DNA of 64,000 nucleotides from a virus: IMG/VR virus record IMGVR_UViG_3300047157_000126, positions 17,729 to 81,728 of that record; one strand, 5' to 3'. Shown piece by piece: positions 56,474 to 64,000 of this stretch (position 1 is its first letter; each line of letters starts with the position of its first letter). The notes under the pieces were generated by a model. It saw only the letters and a program-made list of their open reading frames with translations, ran no database searches and was not told where the DNA came from. The position numbers and the translations under genes were made by a program.

Positions 56474-56667
56474 TGGCTTCAATAGACCCTAAGTTCAAAA
56501 TTGTTGGACCTTTTAGTCCGAAGCAGTTTTCTGATACCACTACCCTAGCAACTACTATAGATACAGCAGTAGGTACACTAACTGGTGCTTCAAGCACTAC
56601 TAGTCTAATAGCGGCTGAACCTGTAATAGTTTTAGGACAGGCATTTATTGTCTTGACCTATGTATGA
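56473..56667 (+). CDS. Small structural protein, paralog B
   Basis: KIVGPFSPKQFSDTTTLA; start at the ATG at 56473. Confidence 0.65.
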   Translation: MASIDPKFKIVGPFSPKQFSDTTTLATTIDTAVGTLTGASSTTSLIAAEPVIVLGQAFIVLTYV

Positions 56668-56977
56668 GGTGTCATACATGGGATTTGAACTCCGTGAAAT
56701 GGACATTGAGGACTTAGACGTTGCTCAAAAAACAAATGTTCGTTACTCATCTAGTATAGGTGAGGGTGCGGTTTTCGACACACAAAAACCATTAGCAGGA
56801 GTGGTATCGCAGCAGCGACAGCGAAATAAGAACATAGGAGATATCCTAAATATTGGTTCTGGTACTCGTTGTCGCTACTGTGGTTTCTTGCATTTTATGT
56901 TTAGAGAAACATGCGGGTCATGTAATAAACCAATGGAATATAATATGGCGGAAAGGAGTGAGGAGGCAAGAGAATAA
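56660..56977 (+). CDS. Zinc-ribbon protein
   Basis: CRYC...CGSC. Confidence 0.6.
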   Translation: MYEVSYMGFELREMDIEDLDVAQKTNVRYSSSIGEGAVFDTQKPLAGVVSQQRQRNKNIGDILNIGSGTRCRYCGFLHFMFRETCGSCNKPMEYNMAERSEEARE

Positions 56978-58584
56978 TGCCACAAGTGTTTAGCCCCGGT
57001 GAGGCAGAGACAAGACCTTTAGACCCTGATGCTATTGTTTATACAACTGCTCAAAAAGTAGCAGACTTATTAGAAATAGGCCCACAAACGGAAGTTGCAG
57101 TTGCAGCAGATAGTGATTCTGACGGGGTATATATCACAGGAGCAGATTACAGAAATTGTGGTTGGACTGTTGGTGATACAATCCTTATCTATTCAGACGC
57201 TGACCCTCTAGGAATAGATAGAACTATTTCATCTATTACCACATCTGTAAATGGTGTAAAATTAAATTTCACAAGTAGTATTACGGCTGCTGATTATCAA
57301 TCGGCAGATAATACCTATGTCCAAAATCAAGCCTCTTTTACTAACGGGAGAACAAGAGGAGTAAAGCGTTCTAAAGTTGAAGAACTCATAAAAAGATGCC
57401 AAGATAGGATAGATAATATTACTCATAATTCTTGGAGGCCAAATCTGGTTTCAGCAGAATATATCAATTTTGACACCTACAAACCATATAGAAGACGATA
57501 TTACACAGATTATGTTGGTACAACCCCCCTATTGTTCCGTAATATTCAGCAAATGTTGCGTATAGAATTGTGGCAAGGAGACGATTATAGAGAAATTGGC
57601 TCTGCTGAAGCCCGTATCAAAATACCTGACTCATTAGCAGGTGGTACTTTATCTGGTAAAATTATACTTTCTCCGGGTAATGGTACAACTGCTGAATTAA
57701 ATATAGGTACTGCTACTTCTGCTTGGAGAGCAGATTTTGATAAAATTACTACCGCACAAAATCTTGCTGACTTAATTAACAAAGAAGATAGAATAGGAAA
57801 AACTGCATTGGCTTTTGAGCCAGCCTTTACTCTTGAAGGTAGCACTGATAATGTAGCAGTTCATAATGAATTTTTGGCTACTGCTAATTCTGATTATGGT
57901 ACTGGTATAGTAAAGATAAGTAGTATGAGACAGACAAAAGCAGGGGAAAGTTGTAGTATAGTTTGTACAGTACCGGGGGTAACAATTGAACAAACAACAA
58001 AGGCTACTGCGACTTTTGTAAGTATTAATTCTACTACTGTTACAATAAGTAAAGTAGACGAAGATGGTAACGTAGTAGATAAACCAACATCAGCATTCGT
58101 AGAGGCAGGAGTAGTTCTTGCAAGTAACGGGAAAGCCTTTAGGTATGCTGGAAAAACCGATACAACATTCCTTAATTGTGCTGATGTTATATCAAATAGT
58201 CTAACCAATCTTTCGGGTACTACTCTTGAACAAGATTCTTTTGTTGTGGATTTACAAGGTGGTAGTGCTAGTGGAGACCAAGGAAGATTGAGAGATTGGT
58301 GGTTAGACAGCGAAATGGGTATTATCTATTTCAATAACTCATATCCTTTCTTTGAATGGAATGCTGTAAAAGTTTCATACATATACGGAGAGCGATATTT
58401 AGAGAAGGCAATAGAAGATATCTGTACTAAGATGGTCGCTATTGATTTATTACTTTCAGATGATAGAAGTGTCTTAATTCCTGAAGGAACACAAAATGTC
58501 GATTTAACATCCAAAATACAACTTTATCAACAGGATATTGATAGAATGCTTCCTAGATATATAGAGGTGGTGGCCTTCGTTTGA
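56977..58584 (+). CDS. Head-tail adaptor-like protein with large beta insertions
   Basis: YTTAQKV, I..CQDRIDN.T..SW, VKVSYIYG..AIEDICTKMVA adaptor-type motifs. Confidence 0.65.
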   Translation: MPQVFSPGEAETRPLDPDAIVYTTAQKVADLLEIGPQTEVAVAADSDSDGVYITGADYRNCGWTVGDTILIYSDADPLGIDRTISSITTSVNGVKLNFTSSITAADYQSADNTYVQNQASFTNGRTRGVKRSKVEELIKRCQDRIDNITHNSWRPNLVSAEYINFDTYKPYRRRYYTDYVGTTPLLFRNIQQMLRIELWQGDDYREIGSAEARIKIPDSLAGGTLSGKIILSPGNGTTAELNIGTATSAWRADFDKITTAQNLADLINKEDRIGKTALAFEPAFTLEGSTDNVAVHNEFLATANSDYGTGIVKISSMRQTKAGESCSIVCTVPGVTIEQTTKATATFVSINSTTVTISKVDEDGNVVDKPTSAFVEAGVVLASNGKAFRYAGKTDTTFLNCADVISNSLTNLSGTTLEQDSFVVDLQGGSASGDQGRLRDWWLDSEMGIIYFNNSYPFFEWNAVKVSYIYGERYLEKAIEDICTKMVAIDLLLSDDRSVLIPEGTQNVDLTSKIQLYQQDIDRMLPRYIEVVAFV

Positions 58585-58970
58585 AGCCATCAAGAGAAAC
58601 TAAAATATTCTTAAAACAAGTTAGTGATGCTTTCGCTAATGATAAAGAAACACAAAAACAGTTGAAAGATTTTATTTTACAAGATTCTGAATACAAAGAT
58701 AGAATCAAAAGACAGGAATACGGTTTAGCACAAATAAAAGAAAACACTGATGGTAGTTTTGAAGATATAGATGGTAATCCTGTTTCTGAAGAATATAAGA
58801 GCACAGTAAATGAGTTTATAGATAAAAGAATACTTACAGAATCACCTGAGTTAAGAAAGAGTAATATTGAATACCGTGGTGGTTCTATTGTACCTGATAC
58901 AACTTATCATTTGAAGGAGGTGGAAAAAATTGGTAGCGACGTGGCTAGAAGGAATAGATTTAGTAATTAA
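58581..58970 (+). CDS. Neck-region hypothetical protein
   Basis: Coupled ORF. Confidence 0.55.
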   Translation: MKPSRETKIFLKQVSDAFANDKETQKQLKDFILQDSEYKDRIKRQEYGLAQIKENTDGSFEDIDGNPVSEEYKSTVNEFIDKRILTESPELRKSNIEYRGGSIVPDTTYHLKEVEKIGSDVARRNRFSN

Positions 58971-59379
58971 AACTCTCCAAGATAATTGGAATAGAGGTAA
59001 TACTAATGGTATTAAACCAATAATTGTGGATATGGCAGAAACTGCCCCAGAGAGAGGTAAGAGAATAGATTTGAAAAAACATGATTACATTTTTGTTTTT
59101 GAGACAGCCCATAATGAAGAGACTCCAGAAATCCTTTATGATTTTGTAACTACTAGAATTAATATCACCTTAGATGCACGCACTATGAAGAGTAGAAAGC
59201 AACAGCAATTGATGGAAAATGAAATCAGAAGATGTATTCATTTAGTAAGAAATGGTGACGGTGTAAATCATGATAGAATGGTTTACAAAACTCGTACAGA
59301 CTTATCAGATAGGACTAAATTTCTCTTCAGAACCACGTTCCAAGTAGAAGTAGTTATCTTTAGTGAACTTATCCCATGA
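58930..59379 (+). CDS. Putative tail terminator/completion protein
   Basis: About 150 aa, immediately before the tail tube; alpha/beta pattern. Confidence 0.55.
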   Translation: MVATWLEGIDLVIKTLQDNWNRGNTNGIKPIIVDMAETAPERGKRIDLKKHDYIFVFETAHNEETPEILYDFVTTRINITLDARTMKSRKQQQLMENEIRRCIHLVRNGDGVNHDRMVYKTRTDLSDRTKFLFRTTFQVEVVIFSELIP

Positions 59380-59388
59380 GGTGTTAGT

Positions 59389-61359
59389 ATGCCGAGCCGA
59401 GTGTATAAAGGAGATTTAACCGAAGTAACATTCGGTCATGAAAGTGGAATTGACCTACCTCACAATTATGCCTCATCTTTTCTTTTTAGAGCAAAAACCG
59501 GCACTCGTGATTTAGATAAAGATACCTCAATTATTACTTTTAGTGGTGGCGCAGGAATTGTTGTGTCTGGTGTGTTGAAAGCACCGATAGGAATGCTCGT
59601 GGGTTCAAAAATTGCTTTTACAAATCTTCAAGGAACTAATTTCTTAACTGCTGATGATTATATGAAATCTGGTAGAACATTCACAATCATCAAACACGCT
59701 GTGGTAGGTGGTGCTACGGAGTTAACCATAACTCCTGCTCTAAAAACAGACCATAGTGGTGGTAACAAAGACTCTGTAGCAAATGAGTTTATGCGTATTT
59801 TACCATTTTCTACACCCTCTATTGATACGGGAATGACATACAACACTAGTGCTCTTGTCTCAAAAGAAAGAAGTCTAACAGACCAATTTGTAGGATTAGT
59901 AAGTACAGTAACTTTACCTGAAACTAAAGTCGATTTAAAGAGGTATCATGTTGTTGGTTTGGGAAGGGATGTCGCTGTTCAAGTACCGGGAAGGTTTCTT
60001 AATTTAGACGGCTCTTTTGAATGCAATATTCACAACGCTAGATGGTTGTATTATTGCCTTGGGAATGAAGCAACGAATGTTTCTGCTGCCACAAAAGAAA
60101 CAGGTGGCGCTAGTTTTATTTCAGCAGCGATAGAAGTTGGTGATTCTAGTTTTACATATTCTGGAGGCTCTAGCGCCCCAACTTTTGATTCAGTTACTGT
60201 TGCTGCTGGTGATTACGTGATTATAGCCGATTCGAACACAACTGATATTAAAGTTCATAGAGAAACAGCAAGTGATGGTACTTGGCCCGCGCAAGGCGCT
60301 AATAGTATAATTTCTAAAGCAACAAAGCAAGAAGTAAGAAGAATAGTACATATTCAAGATACTGGTAGTGGTGCTGGACGAATATGGGTAGACGACCCAT
60401 TTAACTTCGCACACGCTTCTACTACTTCTATAAAATTTAATAGATTTCAAACAGATTCATCTAATGGTTCCCCTCACTTAACACCCTCTACAGGAAGTCT
60501 AGTAAACCCTGTAGAAAGATTAATTTTTAGTCGAACTACAGTACCTTCTTTTGCTATGGAAGTTAGCGTAAGAAGAACTGATGCAGATAGTGATGAAGGA
60601 ACTTTTGATGGTGGGGTTTCTGATTCTAAACAATTAACTCGCGTATTTAGAGGTTGTAAAGTAAAGAACTTTTCAATGGTCGCAGATACTGATGCTGCAT
60701 TACGTCTATCAGTTGATTTTGATAGTACATTAGTTTACACTGATACTGGTCGTCTTGAAGGTACAAAAGGTGATAGATACGACACGCACAGATTGTTTGA
60801 AGATACTGCTAATAACGAAGTAAAAAGAAAAGAAGCGGGTATTGCAAAAAGAACACAAAAACCATTTATGTTCTATAATGGAACAATTCAAGTTGCAGGT
60901 GTGCAATTAGGTCAAGTAGTTTCCTTCACATTAAATGGAAGCACAGGTGTACAACAATATTACACAATTAACGGCGCTCATATCGCTGATGCTGAAACAG
61001 ACCAAGTACCATTTGCTGGAACAAGAAACGCTTCACTAGCAGTTGAGGGTAAAACTGAATATGATTTAGAAATGGAAATCATAGTGGACGACCCTGTATT
61101 TTATCATCGTATGAGAAGAGGTATAGACAATTTTGATGAAGATACTAGCGATACAACTGACGCTGATATGATTAGACTTTCTTTCACAAAACAAGGTACA
61201 GGTTCTACTCGTGAATCTTTAGATATAGTAATTGATGATTACTATATTACTGAAGCCCCTCTTCCTATACCTGAAGATAAAGGGCCTCTACGTTCTGTTA
61301 TGAAAATAATGCCTAAGAGTATGCATGTAATAGCGAAAGACACATTACTACACAGTTAA
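59389..61359 (+). CDS. Major tail (tube) protein with inserted domains
   Basis: YKGDLTEVTFGHE, PSFAMEV, VFRGCKV..FS, PFMFYNG, SFTLNG; position before the chaperones. Confidence 0.7.
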   Translation: MPSRVYKGDLTEVTFGHESGIDLPHNYASSFLFRAKTGTRDLDKDTSIITFSGGAGIVVSGVLKAPIGMLVGSKIAFTNLQGTNFLTADDYMKSGRTFTIIKHAVVGGATELTITPALKTDHSGGNKDSVANEFMRILPFSTPSIDTGMTYNTSALVSKERSLTDQFVGLVSTVTLPETKVDLKRYHVVGLGRDVAVQVPGRFLNLDGSFECNIHNARWLYYCLGNEATNVSAATKETGGASFISAAIEVGDSSFTYSGGSSAPTFDSVTVAAGDYVIIADSNTTDIKVHRETASDGTWPAQGANSIISKATKQEVRRIVHIQDTGSGAGRIWVDDPFNFAHASTTSIKFNRFQTDSSNGSPHLTPSTGSLVNPVERLIFSRTTVPSFAMEVSVRRTDADSDEGTFDGGVSDSKQLTRVFRGCKVKNFSMVADTDAALRLSVDFDSTLVYTDTGRLEGTKGDRYDTHRLFEDTANNEVKRKEAGIAKRTQKPFMFYNGTIQVAGVQLGQVVSFTLNGSTGVQQYYTINGAHIADAETDQVPFAGTRNASLAVEGKTEYDLEMEIIVDDPVFYHRMRRGIDNFDEDTSDTTDADMIRLSFTKQGTGSTRESLDIVIDDYYITEAPLPIPEDKGPLRSVMKIMPKSMHVIAKDTLLHS

Positions 61360-61371
61360 GGAGAAAATAAT

Positions 61372-62160
61372 ATGTTACCTGATGAGTCTCAAAGAGTTGT
61401 TACTTTCAATAGAACTGATAAATTCAATTACATAGAATGGATGTGCGAACAAACAGGAATTCCTTTCAAGGCTGAAATGATGAGACATAGAAATCGTATT
61501 CAAATAGATGAGGTTTTCATGAAGTATCTTCCTGAAGATATAGAACCTGAAATAGAAGAAGAACCTGAAATAGAAGAAGAACCTGAACTTTTTCAAATGA
61601 ATAGACCCCAGTCTAGAATGAGTAGACTAGGTGAAATTAAAAGTGAAATTAAAAGTGAAAAAGAAGAAACCACAGTGGTAGTAGAAGAAGAAACACCTAC
61701 TTGGGTTGAAGCCGCTTTAGAAGTCGAAGGAGTTGAAGAAATTGTTGAAGAACCTACAGAACTTGATGCAGAAGATGGAGACGGCGAGGACAGTTACGTT
61801 GGAGTTGACGAGCATCCTGTGGTCGATATACAAGAAGAGGAAATAACACCCCCTATACAAACAATTGAAGCAAACGTTATGTTTCAATCAAATGATTATA
61901 ATTCGTGGACCGTGGTCGAACTAAGAGAGGAATGTCGTAAAAGAAACATTACTATTCGAGGTACAAAGGCTGAAGTCGTACTTCGCTTACGCCAAGATGA
62001 TGAAGGTCCACAAAGCAACCAAAATGACGTAACCGAAACCCCCGTAACACCCGTTACGGCTGTTGAAGAAGCGTTGGATGCCCCCGTAGATACGGCTGCA
62101 ACCGAGGTGAAAGAAGATGCCAATAGTGGACAAGAACAGAATAATGAATCAAATGAATGA
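61372..62160 (+). CDS. Acidic protein with SAP domain
   Basis: YNSWTVVELREECRKRNITIRGTKAEVVLRL is a SAP motif. Confidence 0.75.
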   Translation: MLPDESQRVVTFNRTDKFNYIEWMCEQTGIPFKAEMMRHRNRIQIDEVFMKYLPEDIEPEIEEEPEIEEEPELFQMNRPQSRMSRLGEIKSEIKSEKEETTVVVEEETPTWVEAALEVEGVEEIVEEPTELDAEDGDGEDSYVGVDEHPVVDIQEEEITPPIQTIEANVMFQSNDYNSWTVVELREECRKRNITIRGTKAEVVLRLRQDDEGPQSNQNDVTETPVTPVTAVEEALDAPVDTAATEVKEDANSGQEQNNESNE

Positions 62161-62479
62161 AAGACGACACGAAATACAAGTAGACCCAGATGATAGCGAG
62201 GCTATCATGGAAATATGGGTGCGAAATATGTCGTTTTTTGATATACAGAAAGCAGCGCAAGAAATGTTTGTAATAACAAACGGTGAAGTTTCTTTAGATT
62301 TAGAAGCATATTGGCGTTACGCCTTTAAAAATTGGGTTATACGCACAAACCCTCATTTATCAGTCGATGAATTATTAAACTTAAGTGGCTTTGTAGGTCA
62401 ACAAATTGCCTTACATTTGCCTAATCCCGAAGAATTAGCGAAGGTAATGCAAGGGGGGTTTACCAAAGCAAGCAATTGA
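62117..62479 (+). CDS. Tail assembly chaperone (G-like)
   Basis: Between the tube and tape-measure-like genes; GGGGGGTTT near the 3' end. Confidence 0.6.
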   Translation: MPIVDKNRIMNQMNERRHEIQVDPDDSEAIMEIWVRNMSFFDIQKAAQEMFVITNGEVSLDLEAYWRYAFKNWVIRTNPHLSVDELLNLSGFVGQQIALHLPNPEELAKVMQGGFTKASN

Positions 62480-62754
62480 AATTGCAAGAATTTCTTCAAA
62501 AGCCTAAATCAAAAACGCTTGAAGATATAGAATTGCAATTTCAAATGCTTGCCTACATAGTGGCTAAACACTATGGCATTTCATTAACCGAGGTACTAAA
62601 CATGACTCCAGAAGTATTCACACAATCTTATGTTTGGGCCATCGCTGTTGAAGAGGAAAAAAATAGAAACCGAGAGAAAGCAAATAAAGAAAACACCACT
62701 GGTAATGAAACAGTTAAAGTAGATTACTCTTTCCTTGAATTGGAGGACTTCTGA
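62476..62754 (+). CDS. Tail assembly chaperone (T-like), possibly made by -1 frameshift
   Basis: In the -1 frame; YIVAKHYGISLTEVLNMT is a typical GT C-terminal pattern. Confidence 0.55.
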   Translation: MKLQEFLQKPKSKTLEDIELQFQMLAYIVAKHYGISLTEVLNMTPEVFTQSYVWAIAVEEEKNRNREKANKENTTGNETVKVDYSFLELEDF

Positions 62755-63458
62755 TGGTACTACCTATTCAAACACAATTAGCGCATACTTCTAATACAAT
62801 TAAGATAATGTCTTTAGGTCTTACAAGTATGTCTAGTTTAATATCTTCATTAGGTGGTTTATTAAGCGGCGCTTTTGGTGCAGGTCTTACAGCATTTGAA
62901 GGCTTATCAGGGGCTATGTCTGGTTTTTTTGAAGAGCAAATACAAGGTGCAAAAAATTTAGCAAAAGTGTTAAGAGATTTGAACCTAGAAAGTGTTAGTG
63001 AGACAGTAACTGAAACAGTAACTGGTATTATGGGTGGTGGCTCAATTATACCAAAATCTACAGGTGAAGCGATTAGCAATGTAATAAGTGGGGGCGGTTT
63101 AGGGTCTAAACCTTCACTTGGTTCTGGGATTAATGACAGTAATAGACATTTATTTAAATTCACTCCTAAAGAGAATACTTTTAGGTTTCCTAATTTAAGT
63201 CATGATGGAAAGCAAAACCATACTAGTATTCTTGATATATTTGGTGGTGGAGGACCAGCAAGGCACTCCGATTTTTCTGATAGAGTAAAAATGGGTATGG
63301 CTATGAGTCGTAGTAGCCCTACTTACAATATTAACATTGAAATGAGCGGTATGACTGATAGAAGTGATAAAAGAAAAATGGCCGTAGATATAAGTGATTT
63401 AATCCAAGCCGAAACTACTAGAAGAGCCGATTTTCATAGAAGTCATGGAAGGTTGTAA
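62754..63458 (+). CDS. Short tape-measure-like protein
   Basis: Position after the chaperones; Gly/Ser/Leu amphipathic N-half; C-terminal TYNINIEMSG..D...A..I...I motif. Confidence 0.5.
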   Translation: MVLPIQTQLAHTSNTIKIMSLGLTSMSSLISSLGGLLSGAFGAGLTAFEGLSGAMSGFFEEQIQGAKNLAKVLRDLNLESVSETVTETVTGIMGGGSIIPKSTGEAISNVISGGGLGSKPSLGSGINDSNRHLFKFTPKENTFRFPNLSHDGKQNHTSILDIFGGGGPARHSDFSDRVKMGMAMSRSSPTYNINIEMSGMTDRSDKRKMAVDISDLIQAETTRRADFHRSHGRL

Positions 63459-63460
63459 AG

Positions 63461-64000
63461 ATGGCTGAATCAAATGGTACACCAATTCGTTTAGTTCAAG
63501 AAAACGGTAATCTAATAGAATTAGAGGCTACCACATTTGCCTTAACAACTGAAAGAGAAGTTACACCAAGGTCTTTTCCAGCCGTTGGTGGAGCAAGAAT
63601 CGCTATTGATTTGAATAAAAGCCGAAGTTTAATTGTTATGCAAGGGGTTATTACTGATGATAGATTTACCACTGGTGCTGCTTTTGCTAAGGGTTTAGTT
63701 GATTTTTCAAGTAAAGCGTCTTCTTATCAAACATACGATTCTAATTCTTTTGTTACAAGTTCTAATATTGATGCTCTTTTAGCAGGTACTTCCAAATTTC
63801 AAGTAAAATCTACGGACGACACATTATATGAAGCGACTTTTACACAAGATTCAAGTTTAGGTAGAACCGGAAATAATATTGCAATAAAAACAAATGGAGG
63901 TGTATATGCTACTACTACTCAGTTTACAAGTTATGTTGCTGATTGGGTAAATAATCAAACAGCATCAAAACTCACAGCAAGTATTGTAACAAGCGAAAAA
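63461..64000 (+). CDS. Distal tail/baseplate-like protein (partial)
   Basis: ATG at 63461 (MAESNGTPIRLVQENG...IDLN....IVMQGVITDD), open to the window end. Confidence 0.55.
   Translation, partial: MAESNGTPIRLVQENGNLIELEATTFALTTEREVTPRSFPAVGGARIAIDLNKSRSLIVMQGVITDDRFTTGAAFAKGLVDFSSKASSYQTYDSNSFVTSSNIDALLAGTSKFQVKSTDDTLYEATFTQDSSLGRTGNNIAIKTNGGVYATTTQFTSYVADWVNNQTASKLTASIVTSEK

Noticed and set aside
23755-63163. Minus-strand ORFs in the right arm other than 28289-28675
   Set aside because: Antisense to strong plus-strand genes, with Ser/Phe/Leu-rich shadow composition.
1-64000. tRNA, rRNA, integrase or transposase genes
   Set aside because: No cloverleaf/T-loop pattern, rRNA-like tract or recombinase motif recognised by eye; tRNAscan-SE would be needed to exclude tRNAs.
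1-64000. Alternative genetic code or stop-codon readthrough
   Set aside because: Core genes are full length under the standard code and all three stop codons are used.

Overview
The window is part of a large tailed dsDNA virus genome (HK97-fold, Caudoviricetes). It most likely infects an archaeon: it has an archaeal-type RFC, GAGGTGATT/GGAGATGA ribosome-binding sites, TATA-like promoters and many CxxC microproteins. Gene content and order resemble magroviruses of Marine Group II/Poseidoniales; that assignment is inference, not a database result. There are two divergent arms. The left arm (1-23043, minus strand) holds replication and early genes: RFC, a degenerate ligase, a PC4-like SSB, a pyrimidine-dimer glycosylase-like protein, a PTP-fold phosphatase next to a PEP-utilising dikinase-like protein, a SNF2/HARP helicase, DUF932 and ArdA. 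It is punctuated by nine copies of a 22-bp quasi-palindromic TATA motif. A non-coding switch region with TTAGCG repeats lies at about 23100-23630. The right arm (plus strand) holds an array of small genes, an HMG-CoA lyase, a membrane module with a Ras-like GTPase, then terminase, portal, protease/scaffold, major capsid and tail genes. The most striking signal is a conserved N-terminal peptide, M-x-[AP]-F-[DEN]-x-A-W-x-x-L-K, fused to many unrelated cargo domains (ParB/Srx, GNAT, ADP-ribosyltransferase-like and others). It also occurs internally and as a leader-only mini-ORF, and it ends in the same hydrophobic-x-K|[AS] site that recurs in the scaffold and capsid protein. I interpret this as a candidate capsid-targeting, protease-cleaved cargo-loading system. 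All function calls come from motif recognition by eye; no searches were run.
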